Positions 20,461-30,497 of a DNA stretch of 64,000 nucleotides are shown piece after piece. The stretch covers positions 1 to 64,000 of the IMG/VR virus record IMGVR_UViG_3300017917_002228; one strand, given 5' to 3'. The DNA is from a virus. The translations under genes and the position numbers were made by a program. How positions within the stretch are numbered: position 1 is the stretch's first letter; each line of letters starts with the position of its first letter. The notes under the pieces were generated by a model, which saw nothing but the letters and a program-made list of their open reading frames with translations, was not told where the DNA came from and searched no databases.

Positions 20461-21012
20461 ATGGCTTTCAACATTAATGACATTCGCTCCCAGCTTGCTT
20501 TTGGTGGCGCTAGACCAAGTCTATTCCAAGTAATCATCAGCAACCCAATCAATCCGGTTGCTGATATTAAAGTTCCTTTCCTATGTAAGGTAGCTCAAAT
20601 TCCTAGCTCACAACTAGGTCTAATTGAAGTACCTTACTTTGGAAGAAAGCTTAAGATTGCTGGTGATAGAAGATATGATCCATGGACAGTCACAATCATC
20701 AACGATGAAGACTTCCAGGTCCGTAATGCTATGGAACAGTGGAATAACTTCATCAACTTGTATGAGCAAAACGTTACTGCTCTTCCAAATGGTGCACCTG
20801 GTTTCTACAAGTCCCAGGCTACTGTTACACAGTTTGGTAAAGCTGGTGAAGTTCTAAGAACATATCAGTTCAACGGAATCTATCCAGAATCTATCGCTCC
20901 AATTGATCTTGCTTGGGCTTCAGTAGATGAAATCGAAGAATTCCAAGTAACATTCCAGTATGACACTTTTGAAATTGTTGATGGTGTTACTGGTAACGCT
21001 GGTGGCGCTTAA
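20461..21012 (+). CDS. gp19: Tail tube protein gp19
   Basis: GGARPSLFQV; GRKLKIAGDR; WTVTIINDEDF. Confidence 0.95.
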   Translation: MAFNINDIRSQLAFGGARPSLFQVIISNPINPVADIKVPFLCKVAQIPSSQLGLIEVPYFGRKLKIAGDRRYDPWTVTIINDEDFQVRNAMEQWNNFINLYEQNVTALPNGAPGFYKSQATVTQFGKAGEVLRTYQFNGIYPESIAPIDLAWASVDEIEEFQVTFQYDTFEIVDGVTGNAGGA

Positions 21013-21023
21013 TAATTAAGGTT

Positions 21024-21060
21024 AGAGAGCTGCTATAAATACTACTAGCAGCTCTCTTTT
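21024..21060 (+). terminator. Terminator-like hairpin after gp19 containing a late promoter
   Basis: agagagctgcta/tagcagctctct 12-bp stem plus short T tract; TATAAATA at 21034-21041. Confidence 0.7.
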
Positions 21061-21074
21061 CTTAAGGACATATT

Positions 21075-22640
21075 ATGGTACAGCTTTTTGGTTTTGAAAT
21101 TAAACGTAAAGATGAAGAAGAACCAGTTCAGTCGTTTGCTCCGGAAATAAAGGACGACGGCGCTGTTGTTGTAGCTGCTGGTGGAGCTTATGGTACTTTT
21201 GTCGATCTTGACGGTACTGCTCGCACAGAAGCAGAATTAGTTTCCAAATACAGAGAAATCTCATTACAACCAGAAATAGAACAAGCCGTTGATGATATCG
21301 TCAACGAAGCTATTGATACTGATGCTGATGAGATTGTAACTCTTAATACAGATAAGCTTGAATATTCTGAAAATGTTAAAGAAAGAATCAGAGAAGAGTT
21401 TGACCTGATTAAGGAACTTCTAAACTTTCAGAACGAAGCTTATGAACTTTTCAGACGTTGGTACATTGATGGTAGAATGTACTATCACGTTATTATTGAC
21501 GAGAAGAACCCTCGTTTAGGTATCAAAGAGCTTCGTTATCTTGATCCTAGAAAGATTCGTAAAGTAAGAGAAATTAAGAAAGTTCCAAAAGGACCTATTA
21601 CTGTTACTGAAACTAAAAGAGAATACTTTGTATATAATGATCGTAGCTATTTACCTGCCGGTGGTAATGCTGGCATGCCGATGGATAGTAACGTAACAAG
21701 CGGTATTCGTATTGCTACTGACTCCATCTTACATTGCACTTCTGGTTTAATGGATAAGAACAACATGCTTGTTTATTCTTATCTACAAAAAGCAATTAGA
21801 CCTCTTAACCAGTTACGCACTCTAGAAGATGCAACGGTCATTTATCGTATCTCAAGAGCACCTGAACGTAGAATTTTCTATATTGATATTGGTAACCTGC
21901 CTAAGGTAAAGGCAGAACAATATCTAAGAGATATGATGGTTCGTCATAAGAATCGTCTCGTATATGATGCTACTACTGGTGAAGTGAGAGACGACCGTAA
22001 GTATATGACTATGCTTGAAGATTACTGGCTACCAAGAAGGGAAGGTAACCGTGGAACAGAAATCACCACTCTACCTGCAGGACAGAATCTTGGAGAACTT
22101 CAAGACGTTCAATACTTTCAACGAAAACTTTATCAAGCACTCAATGTTCCTATGTCTCGACTTGAACCTGGCAGTGCTGGCTTCAATCTTGGTAGGTCAG
22201 CTGAAATTAGCAGAGACGAAGTCAAGTTCACCAAGTTCGTGGGAAGACTACGTAGAAGATTCTCTCAGCTTTTCCTCAAGGCTCTTGAGAAGCAACTTGT
22301 GCTCAAAGGCATAGTTTCAGAGCAAGAATGGCCTGAGATTGCAAATAAGATTAACTTCGACTTCCAAATAGATAACCACTTTGAAGAGTTTAAGGAAGCA
22401 GAAGTATTACAGAATAGACTACAGCTTCTTAATCAAATGCAACCGTTTATCGGACGTTATTATTCAATGGAATGGGTTCGTAAGAACGTTCTTAAGATGT
22501 CAGATGAAGATATCGAAGAGATGGATACACAGATTAAAGAAGAACCTCCGCTTATGGCAGATGAGAATGGTAACTTTATACCACCTTCTCCACATGAACC
22601 GGTCATTAAGAGCTTTAGTAACAACAGTTCAAGTAGTTAA
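21075..22640 (+). CDS. gp20: Portal vertex protein gp20
   Basis: YRISRAPERRIFYID; EDYWLPRREG.RGTEITTL. Confidence 0.97.
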   Translation: MVQLFGFEIKRKDEEEPVQSFAPEIKDDGAVVVAAGGAYGTFVDLDGTARTEAELVSKYREISLQPEIEQAVDDIVNEAIDTDADEIVTLNTDKLEYSENVKERIREEFDLIKELLNFQNEAYELFRRWYIDGRMYYHVIIDEKNPRLGIKELRYLDPRKIRKVREIKKVPKGPITVTETKREYFVYNDRSYLPAGGNAGMPMDSNVTSGIRIATDSILHCTSGLMDKNNMLVYSYLQKAIRPLNQLRTLEDATVIYRISRAPERRIFYIDIGNLPKVKAEQYLRDMMVRHKNRLVYDATTGEVRDDRKYMTMLEDYWLPRREGNRGTEITTLPAGQNLGELQDVQYFQRKLYQALNVPMSRLEPGSAGFNLGRSAEISRDEVKFTKFVGRLRRRFSQLFLKALEKQLVLKGIVSEQEWPEIANKINFDFQIDNHFEEFKEAEVLQNRLQLLNQMQPFIGRYYSMEWVRKNVLKMSDEDIEEMDTQIKEEPPLMADENGNFIPPSPHEPVIKSFSNNSSSS

Positions 22641-22675
22641 AAGATAAATATATTATTAGGATTTTGGAGAAAACC

Positions 22676-22885
22676 ATGGAAAACGAAAACATTCAGGACA
22701 TCCTAGCTTATGCTTGGAACGGCGATATGGAAAACTTGAAGGCTACTCTCGATACAGAGATGCAGGCCCGAGTAGCTGTTGAAGTAGATAATATGACTGC
22801 TGAAGTAGCTCAGAGTATTTTTAATCCTGAGGTTGAGCAAGAAGATATTACATCAGACGAGGAAGTAACAGATGAAGTCGTTTAA
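22676..22885 (+). CDS. Small acidic prohead core protein (gp67-like)
   Basis: Directly after gp20, acidic, GGAG RBS and late promoter. Confidence 0.6.
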   Translation: MENENIQDILAYAWNGDMENLKATLDTEMQARVAVEVDNMTAEVAQSIFNPEVEQEDITSDEEVTDEVV

Positions 22886-24275
22886 GGATTATATCCAAGA
22901 AGTAGCTCAGCCTCTATCTCAAGGCGAACGCAACTTTAAAGAATTACATGGTAGCTTAGAACCTACCAATAGAGATATGGTACCAGGTGTTACCGATCAA
23001 GATTTTCTATTCAAAGGCCATGCGCGTGCTATGGACCCTAAGACAGCTTCTTATGAAACTGAAGACGAAGCTATCAAGCAATATGATAAGAATCTACAGA
23101 TTCATCCACAGACTACTGAAAATGATCTTAAGCAGATGGGTGAAGAGATAAAGGATCCGCTAAAATTTAAAAATTTTACACTTCCTCCTCAGCAAGGCGC
23201 TAAAAAAGGCGTAAAGGTCGGAGGCGAAGAGCAGGTTCATGTTGGTAAATATTCTGTTGCTGAAGATTATAAGCCGCCTGAGAGAGATATTGATTCTCAT
23301 TTTAAAAAGCAATCTAAAAAGATGCAAGATGCTATTAACTTACATTTACGTAAAGGAAATAGCTATTGGGATTCTTATAGAAAAGCTAAAGTACATGTTA
23401 AAGAAGGTTGGGTTGCTCTTGGACCAGCTACAAAGCCAGGCGAAAAGCCTAAGTCACCTTTTAATAAATTAGGTAACCCAAACCCAGGTACTACAATTTA
23501 TGGTGATCGTCCTGAACTTAAACCATCAGGAAGAAGCGATAACCGTAAGTCAGCTGCTTATGATAAGCAACGTATTGGTGAAGAAGTAGAGTTAGATGAA
23601 AAGACTCTCACTCCTGCTGAAATGAGAAAGCGTGAAGAAATAGTTAAAGCAATGAAGCGCAAAGGTGCTGATAAGTCATCTAGAACTTATGCTATTGCTA
23701 CAGCAGCTGCCAAGCGAGTTGCAGAAGAAGTAGAAATGGATTATGAAGGCGAAATGGCTAAAGCAGAACTAAATGCTATTTGTGATAAGGCAGGTGTTCT
23801 AGCTGAAATGATGTCTGATGATATGCAGCTTGAAGCATGGTTACAGTCAAAGATCACAAAAGCCAAGTATATGATCGATTCAGTATATGATTATCTCATG
23901 TACAACGAGAAGATGGCTGATAAAGAAGAAGACGAAATGCCTTCACAGTCAAATGCTATGGCTTCTAACTATGGCTCTTTCCTAACACGTATGGGTGAAG
24001 AAGTAGAGTTACAAGAAAAAGTAACAGCCAGTGATTATAAAGTAGGTGCAGAAAAGTCTCAGTTTGGTGGTTATACTCCTTATGTAAAGCATAAGGCAAG
24101 AGGCACTACAATGTATAGCGGTGCTGCACAATATAAGAAAGTAGAACATGCTATGGGTCATGCACATGCTTATCTAAAAGGCTATTCAGAAGCCGGGGAG
24201 AATGGTGCTAACAGAGCTACTCGTCATTACGTAGAGAAGAATAAAGATCACCTATACAAAAAGGACGAGAAATGA
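22872..24275 (+). CDS. Modular prohead core/internal head protein
   Basis: Between portal and protease; basic modules separated by EEVELDE-type linkers. Confidence 0.6.
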   Translation: MKSFKDYIQEVAQPLSQGERNFKELHGSLEPTNRDMVPGVTDQDFLFKGHARAMDPKTASYETEDEAIKQYDKNLQIHPQTTENDLKQMGEEIKDPLKFKNFTLPPQQGAKKGVKVGGEEQVHVGKYSVAEDYKPPERDIDSHFKKQSKKMQDAINLHLRKGNSYWDSYRKAKVHVKEGWVALGPATKPGEKPKSPFNKLGNPNPGTTIYGDRPELKPSGRSDNRKSAAYDKQRIGEEVELDEKTLTPAEMRKREEIVKAMKRKGADKSSRTYAIATAAAKRVAEEVEMDYEGEMAKAELNAICDKAGVLAEMMSDDMQLEAWLQSKITKAKYMIDSVYDYLMYNEKMADKEEDEMPSQSNAMASNYGSFLTRMGEEVELQEKVTASDYKVGAEKSQFGGYTPYVKHKARGTTMYSGAAQYKKVEHAMGHAHAYLKGYSEAGENGANRATRHYVEKNKDHLYKKDEK

Positions 24276-25726
24276 GCGACGATATCTTAAACGAAGCTGA
24301 TTATAGCGGCAAAGAAGGTAACAATCCTCAGTTTAATGATGATGTACCTGCTATGCTTAAAGACCTTAAGTCTAAAAAAGTATCTCATCCAGATATGCGC
24401 CGTACATATGGTGCTAGCTGGAAAAGATTAGAGCGTCATGCTATTAGAAAACATGGTGATAGATTTACTACAAAACATCTAATAGACGTTGCGCATGATC
24501 ATATAGATCATCTAAAAAGTATGAAAGAAGAAACAGAGCAGCTTGACGAACTATCAAAGAAGACTCTAGGCAGCTATATTAAGAAATCTACAGAAAAAGT
24601 TCATAAGTCATCTTTTCTGGCTGCTAGAGATAAGCCAGAAAATGCTGCTAAGCATGGTATGGATGCCTATAAACGTATTGAAGGTATACGTAAAGCTACT
24701 GATCGTCTAACTAAAGAAGATCATGATATTGATGAAGCTATGAGTTTATCTCAATCTAGTGCTGCGAAGAAAATTATAGGTGATGTAGCTAAAAAAACAC
24801 CTACCGGTAAAGTACCTTTCCAGTCTATCGTTTATACAAAATCTGGTAAACAGGTTACTCATGGATATCATGATTCAGAAGGTAACAAAGTTGTAACCAA
24901 AGTTACTAAAGAAGAGATAGAGTTAGATGAGGCTCGTCGCGGTCGTCCTCGCAAAGATGGTTCAAAGCCAGAAGGTGAAGAAGATGGTGGTCGTGATCAT
25001 ATCATCATGCAACTACGTAAGGTAGTTAACCTTCGTGGTCAGAAGAAGGTAGAGTTCAACGATGACTCTAAGCATGATATTGATGTTGCACACGCTAAGA
25101 AAGCATTAGCACGTCATGACTCAATGCATAAGGCTGCTGATAAGCAAGACTATGCTAACAAGCTTGCTAAGTCACACGCTTCATTTAAACAGACAGTAAG
25201 TGAAGCTGCTGATCCATCAACAATGAGATCAGATAGAGGCGATGTAAAAGCTGGTACTATGATGGGTGCTGATGGTCGAGTTAAAGTATTTAAGCATAGA
25301 GAGCCTCGTAAGCCTATTAAAGTAGGTCAAGTGCCAAAGTATGCCAACGAAGAAGTAGAAGTATATGAGATGGACTTTGAAGAGCTAGATGAAGCTCTAA
25401 AAGGCAATCAACATAAAATCGACGCCAATAAAAATGGTAAAGTTGACTCACATGACTTTAAACTTCTAAGAGCTAAAAAGCATATTAAAGAAGCTCTTAA
25501 AGGTGCACAGCATAAGCTAGATGCTAATAAGAATAAGAGAATTGATTCTCATGATTTTGAGCTTCTTCGTAAGAAGAAAGAAATGAAAGAAACCTCTGAA
25601 GAAGAATCCCTAAATAAACTATATGAAAGTTTATCTGAAGATAATAGAGAGAAGTTTCTTCGTACTTTAGAGACAGATGAAGGTAAAGAAGCTCTTCTAA
25701 GATTTGCCAGGGAGCAAGGATTCTAA
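24272..25726 (+). CDS. Modular prohead core/internal head protein with AT-hook and EF-hand-like repeats
   Basis: RRGRPRK; two HK[IL]DANKN..[VI]DSHDF.LLR repeats; EE..LDE linkers. Confidence 0.6.
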   Translation: MSDDILNEADYSGKEGNNPQFNDDVPAMLKDLKSKKVSHPDMRRTYGASWKRLERHAIRKHGDRFTTKHLIDVAHDHIDHLKSMKEETEQLDELSKKTLGSYIKKSTEKVHKSSFLAARDKPENAAKHGMDAYKRIEGIRKATDRLTKEDHDIDEAMSLSQSSAAKKIIGDVAKKTPTGKVPFQSIVYTKSGKQVTHGYHDSEGNKVVTKVTKEEIELDEARRGRPRKDGSKPEGEEDGGRDHIIMQLRKVVNLRGQKKVEFNDDSKHDIDVAHAKKALARHDSMHKAADKQDYANKLAKSHASFKQTVSEAADPSTMRSDRGDVKAGTMMGADGRVKVFKHREPRKPIKVGQVPKYANEEVEVYEMDFEELDEALKGNQHKIDANKNGKVDSHDFKLLRAKKHIKEALKGAQHKLDANKNKRIDSHDFELLRKKKEMKETSEEESLNKLYESLSEDNREKFLRTLETDEGKEALLRFAREQGF

Positions 25727-25974
25727 TGTCAAGCGTATACAAATTCAGAGGACCTGAGATTTCTATTGCTTCTGCTAACACAGTAAGCTTAGCAAATCTT
25801 GTAAGAGTTTATAACTCAGGATCAGCTGCTATTCTTAATATGGCTTATGCTAACGGTCAGATTTATGCTAACTGCACTGTAGCTCAATATGAGTCTATTA
25901 CAATTGAGAAAGCAACAACTGATACTCTAACCGGTGCCAATATGAGAGGCGCCCCTATTGCTTATAGGAACTAA
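25726..25974 (+). CDS. Small head-region protein
   Basis: TAATG-coupled; immediately before gp21. Confidence 0.55.
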   Translation: MSSVYKFRGPEISIASANTVSLANLVRVYNSGSAAILNMAYANGQIYANCTVAQYESITIEKATTDTLTGANMRGAPIAYRN

Positions 25975-25975
25975 G

Positions 25976-26638
25976 ATGAAACTCATCACAGAAGTAACAG
26001 AAGAAGTTAGATATATTGCTGAAGAAGGTACTGAAGGTAAAGGTAAAAGCCTTTACATCGAAGGTATCTTTCTACAAGGCGGTATCACTAACAGAAATGG
26101 TCGTAGATATCCTACGCAGACTCTTGCTAAAGAAGTAGCAAGATATCATGCTGAGCAGATCGATAAGGGTCGTGCTTATGGTGAATTAGGACATCCATCA
26201 GGACCTACAATCAATCTAGAACGTGTTTGCATGATGATTAAATCACTTAAGCAAGAGGGTGATAACTTTATTGGCCGTGCTAAAATCATGGATACTCCAT
26301 ACGGTAATATCGTTAAAAATCTCATGAACGAAGGCGCACGTCTAGGTGTTTCTTCTCGCGGTATGGGTTCTATTAGAGAAGTAAACGGTATTAATGAAGT
26401 ACAGGATGATTTTTTCCTAGCTACAGCAGCTGATATCGTAGCCGATCCTTCAGCACCAGATGCCTTTGTAAATGGTATTATGGAAGGTGTGGAGTGGGTA
26501 TGGGATAACGGTGTTCTCAAAGCTCAGCAGTTAGAAAAAGCTAAGAAGCATTTAAACGAATCTGCTAAAAAGGTCTCTAAACATGAGTTAGAAGAGGCTA
26601 AGGTTCGCGTATTCCAACATTTCCTATCAAAACTATAA
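25976..26638 (+). CDS. gp21: Prohead protease gp21
   Basis: MKLITE; GELGHP; GVSSRGMGS; DIVADPSAPDAFV. Confidence 0.96.
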   Translation: MKLITEVTEEVRYIAEEGTEGKGKSLYIEGIFLQGGITNRNGRRYPTQTLAKEVARYHAEQIDKGRAYGELGHPSGPTINLERVCMMIKSLKQEGDNFIGRAKIMDTPYGNIVKNLMNEGARLGVSSRGMGSIREVNGINEVQDDFFLATAADIVADPSAPDAFVNGIMEGVEWVWDNGVLKAQQLEKAKKHLNESAKKVSKHELEEAKVRVFQHFLSKL

Positions 26639-26678
26639 ATACCATAAATATATTACAAATATCCTTAAGGAGAAGATA

Positions 26679-27716
26679 ATGTCTGATAACGAACTAAATC
26701 AAGAAGTGGTTGACGAAGGCACTGAGATTGTAACAGAAGGTAATGCTGATACAATCGCTGCTAAGCCAACCGGCATTTCACGTTCAGATCTGATTTCAAA
26801 GATGGTTGCTTATGCATCTAAGATGGATAAGGAATCTCTAGCTCAGGCTGTTGAGACAATCACAAAGTCACCAGATGAAATCTACAACACAGTTGCAGAC
26901 AATACAACAGGTGATGCTTCAGGTAAGAACAAGGCTTCTATCAAGTCATCAGGCGCCAAGGGCGATGCAATGGCTTCAGTTAAGGAAGATCTTGGTCTAC
27001 TATTTGGCGACTCAACAGATCTATCTGAAGAGTTTCGTATGAAGACAGAAGCTCTATTTGAAGCAGCTGTCTCAACAAGAGTTAATATGGAAATTGCAAG
27101 ACTCGAAGAAGAATATGAAGAAAAGCTTAACGAGTCTGTTGAAGAAGTTAAGAATGATATGGTTGAGAATATCGACCGTTATCTTAACGTTGCAGTGGCA
27201 GAATGGGTTGCAGAGAACAAGCTAGCAGTTAAGAGCAGCATCCGTACACAGATGGCTGAATCTTTCCTAACAGGTATGAAGTCTCTGTTTGAAGAACACT
27301 ATGTTTCAATTCCTGAAGAACAAGCTGATGTTGTTGAATCTCTAACTGATCGTCTAGAAGCTCTAGAAGCTGCATTAGAAGAGTCAACCTCAGCTGCTGT
27401 AGAACTAGCTAAGGCTCTTAACGAGAAAGAAGTTAAGGAAGTAGCTGATTCACTATCTGAAGGAATGACAGATACTCAGAAGGATAAGTTTACTAAGCTT
27501 CTAGAAGCTACAAGCTATTCTTCTGCAGAAGAATTCCGTAAGAAAGCTTCTATCATCAAAGAAACATACTTCAATGGCAAGCCAGAAGTAAAGGTTGTTG
27601 AAGATCAGCTTATTACAGAAAGTGTTGAAGAAGAGCCAGCTGAAAAGCCAGCCGGTTATCAGAACCCAGAGATGGCTGCTTACGTCGCTTCTCTATCAAG
27701 ATCAATCAAAAGATAA
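26679..27716 (+). CDS. gp22: Prohead scaffolding protein gp22
   Basis: LSEEF...LFEAAV; AESFL.GMK.LFEEHY; position before the MCP. Confidence 0.92.
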   Translation: MSDNELNQEVVDEGTEIVTEGNADTIAAKPTGISRSDLISKMVAYASKMDKESLAQAVETITKSPDEIYNTVADNTTGDASGKNKASIKSSGAKGDAMASVKEDLGLLFGDSTDLSEEFRMKTEALFEAAVSTRVNMEIARLEEEYEEKLNESVEEVKNDMVENIDRYLNVAVAEWVAENKLAVKSSIRTQMAESFLTGMKSLFEEHYVSIPEEQADVVESLTDRLEALEAALEESTSAAVELAKALNEKEVKEVADSLSEGMTDTQKDKFTKLLEATSYSSAEEFRKKASIIKETYFNGKPEVKVVEDQLITESVEEEPAEKPAGYQNPEMAAYVASLSRSIKR

Positions 27717-27756
27717 GTTTTAATAAATACTATTACAACTCTAAAAGGAGAAACCA

Positions 27757-29097
27757 ATGAATAGTCTTAATGAAGAGTTAATTGCTAAGTGGAAGCCAGT
27801 TCTTGAGCATCCTGAACTCAACGAGATCAAGGATCCTCATCGCCGTAACGTCACTGCTGTTCTTCTTGAGAACACAGAGAAGGCGATCCGTGAACAGGCA
27901 GCTTTCAATCCTCAGTCACTTCTAACCGAAACACCAACTAACGCAGCTGGTACAGGCGGTTATTCTTCAGCTGGTGGAACAGGCGTTGCTGGTTACGACC
28001 CAATCCTAATTTCACTAATTCGTCGTTCAATGCCTAACCTAATTGCTTATGATCTCTGCGGCGTTCAGCCAATGACAGGTCCAACAGGCCTAATCTTCGC
28101 AATGCGTTCACAGTATGCTAACAGCACTGCAAAAGGCGCTGAAACATTCTATGACGAAGTTAACACTGAAGCTTCAACAATTCGCGCTGGTACAAACGCA
28201 ATTGGTGAAAAGCAAACAGGTACAGCTCCAGCTGGTTCAGCTGCATCATACAACTTCGCTGGTGGTATGACAACTGCTGATTCTGAAGCTCTTGGTTCAA
28301 GCCAAGTGTTCCCAGAAATGGCATTCAGCATTGATAAGGTTTCTGTAACAGCTCGTTCACGTGCTCTAAAAGCTGAGTACACAATGGAACTAGCACAGGA
28401 CCTAAAGGCAATCCATGGTCTAGATGCTGAAACAGAACTAGCCAACATCCTTCAGTCAGAAATTCTAGCTGAAATCAACCGTGAAGTAGTTCGTACAATC
28501 AACCTATCAGCTGTAACAGGTGCTCAGGAAGGCACAACAACTGCAGGTACATTCGACCTAGATACAGACTCAAACGGCCGTTGGTCAGTTGAAAAGTTCA
28601 AGGGCCTAATGTTCCAGGTAGAGCGTGAAGCTAACAAAGTTGCCAAGGACACACGTCGTGGTAAAGCTAACCTAATCATCTGTTCATCAGACGTTGCTTC
28701 AGCACTTCAGATGGCTGGTGTTCTAGATTACACACCTGCTCTAAACAGCAACAATCTACAGGTTGACGACACAGGCAACACTTTCGCTGGTGTTCTAAAT
28801 GGTCGCTTCCGCGTTTACATTGACCCATATACAACTGGCAACTACATGACAGTTGGCTATAAGGGCGCCAATGCATTCGACGCTGGTATCTTCTACTGCC
28901 CATATGTACCACTACAGATGGTTCGTGCAGTTGGTCAAGATACATTCCAGCCAAAGATTGGTTTCAAAACTCGTTACGGAATGGTAGCAAATCCATTTGC
29001 TCGTTCAGTAGTAGGTACACCAAACCTATCAGACGGCTCAATCACTGTAAACTCAAACGCTTATTATCGTCGCGTTCAAGTTGCAAACATTATGTAA
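27757..29097 (+). CDS. gp23: Major capsid protein gp23
   Basis: GVQPMTGPTGLIFAMR; RALKAEYTMELAQDLKAIHGLDAE; FQPKIGFKTRYG. Confidence 0.98.
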   Translation: MNSLNEELIAKWKPVLEHPELNEIKDPHRRNVTAVLLENTEKAIREQAAFNPQSLLTETPTNAAGTGGYSSAGGTGVAGYDPILISLIRRSMPNLIAYDLCGVQPMTGPTGLIFAMRSQYANSTAKGAETFYDEVNTEASTIRAGTNAIGEKQTGTAPAGSAASYNFAGGMTTADSEALGSSQVFPEMAFSIDKVSVTARSRALKAEYTMELAQDLKAIHGLDAETELANILQSEILAEINREVVRTINLSAVTGAQEGTTTAGTFDLDTDSNGRWSVEKFKGLMFQVEREANKVAKDTRRGKANLIICSSDVASALQMAGVLDYTPALNSNNLQVDDTGNTFAGVLNGRFRVYIDPYTTGNYMTVGYKGANAFDAGIFYCPYVPLQMVRAVGQDTFQPKIGFKTRYGMVANPFARSVVGTPNLSDGSITVNSNAYYRRVQVANIM

Positions 29098-29138
29098 TGT
29101 TTAAGCAGGCTCGACCTGCGTGCTCGAAAGAGCTGACT

Positions 29139-29164
29139 AAGGGGGCTTCGGCCCCCTTTTTTTT
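29139..29164 (+). terminator. Rho-independent terminator after gp23 (probably bidirectional)
   Basis: aagggggc-ttcg-gccccc followed by a T run, between convergent genes. Confidence 0.92.
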
Positions 29165-29369
29165 ATAGACGCTGTTCGTCTACGTTCTCTTCTTGTTCCC
29201 AAAAGCGCATATGAAATACTTTAGCTTCAATAAGATCATTAAGAAGCTTTCTTGGGTAGCCTTCTTCGACTAACCACTGATGTATCTCATCTTGACGTTC
29301 TCTTGGAAGCACTTTAGGAAATCCATACTTCCATCCTTCAGGTGGATCAACAATAATTACTTTAGCCAT
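29163..29369 (-). CDS. Hypothetical early protein
   Basis: VDPPEGWKYGFPK; GGAGG RBS; packed in the leftward operon. Confidence 0.7.
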   Translation of the reverse strand: MAKVIIVDPPEGWKYGFPKVLPRERQDEIHQWLVEEGYPRKLLNDLIEAKVFHMRFWEQEENVDEQRL

Positions 29370-29712
29370 TCATAGCCTCCTGAATATGTCTACACGTTCT
29401 ACGGAATTGAAATCCGCTACAAGAACAGTTATTACCTTTATCTGATAGTTCTACTGTATAGACATTACCTTTAGAACCATTAATCTGTACTACACGTACA
29501 ACAGGTTTAAGAGTAATAGTTTCTTCACCATCTAGAGTAATAATATCTTCTTTAGCAATAATACGCATACGAAACTTGCCTGACTCATTAGTAGTCATAG
29601 CAATAGCGTCGTACGGAACCCAAGAAGGAGTAGCTACTAGCTCTCCAACATAGGTATACGTATCTTTACCAAATGTATTATGCTTAGTGGGATTACGAAT
29701 AGTTACCTGCAT
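29362..29712 (-). CDS. SWIM zinc-finger protein
   Basis: GSKGNVYTV...CSCSGFQFRRTCRHI. Confidence 0.75.
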   Translation of the reverse strand: MQVTIRNPTKHNTFGKDTYTYVGELVATPSWVPYDAIAMTTNESGKFRMRIIAKEDIITLDGEETITLKPVVRVVQINGSKGNVYTVELSDKGNNCSCSGFQFRRTCRHIQEAMNG

Positions 29713-29968
29713 AGGATGGTACCTCGTCAATCATATTAGCTAATTCAGCATGAGGTATTATACCAGGTATTAGATTTTTATGCCAGGCTTGAAGAAAGTT
29801 ATAGAGGTGTGCATAGTTTTTACCAGATAGTGTAATATCGGTAGTACCATCTGGTTTAGCTGTATAGTTTTCAATTGTTAAACCAAACTCAAGAGTTTGA
29901 TCCACGAAGGCTCTCGCCTTCGTGATCTTTGTTTTAACAGTAACTGTAGTAGCGAATCTCTTGCTCAT
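29693..29968 (-). CDS. Hypothetical protein
   Basis: Operon packing; start moved to MSKRF. Confidence 0.55.
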   Translation of the reverse strand: MSKRFATTVTVKTKITKARAFVDQTLEFGLTIENYTAKPDGTTDITLSGKNYAHLYNFLQAWHKNLIPGIIPHAELANMIDEVPSYAGNYS

Positions 29969-29976
29969 ACTATTAC

Positions 29977-30291
29977 TTATGCTGCTGCAAGGTTGCAGAA
30001 CTCGCCAGGTTCTAAACCATAACAACGCCATACCACATTTCCATCTTGACAGAATTTAGGAGCTGCTCCTAAAACTTGTTCATAGATGAGAAGCGAGTCA
30101 GGCCCTTGAGTGTCAGGAGAGTCACCCATTTCTTCTGCTAGAGCGTTAAGCTCTAAGGCTTCATCGGTAACACCCCAATCACGCTGACGGAAAGCGTTTG
30201 CTGCAGAAACTGCTTCGTTTAAAGTAGCATATACTCCGAGCAGGTATTCGCCTTCGTATTCGATACCTTCGTTGAGAACATAAACACGCAT
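29977..30291 (-). CDS. Hypothetical protein
   Basis: MRVYVL..GIEYEGEYLLGVYAT; GAGGAG RBS. Confidence 0.65.
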   Translation of the reverse strand: MRVYVLNEGIEYEGEYLLGVYATLNEAVSAANAFRQRDWGVTDEALELNALAEEMGDSPDTQGPDSLLIYEQVLGAAPKFCQDGNVVWRCYGLEPGEFCNLAAA

Positions 30292-30292
30292 C

Positions 30293-30487
30293 TTACTTCT
30301 CCTCGTTATTGAGAATCTCTTTAGAGATGGTATTGAGAACAATCATCATAGCAGTTGTAGCTGCCATCTCTCCGTCCGGACCAAGCCGACGGAAGACTTC
30401 GAACGCGTAGTCGACAGCATCCTTAACTGTATTGCGATCTGCAAACAGTTTATGACGAATGCTCAATGCGAGTTCTTGATTAGTCAT
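30293..30487 (-). CDS. Hypothetical protein
   Basis: GAGGA RBS, operon packing. Confidence 0.65.
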   Translation of the reverse strand: MTNQELALSIRHKLFADRNTVKDAVDYAFEVFRRLGPDGEMAATTAMMIVLNTISKEILNNEEK

Positions 30488-30497
30488 TGTTTTTTCC

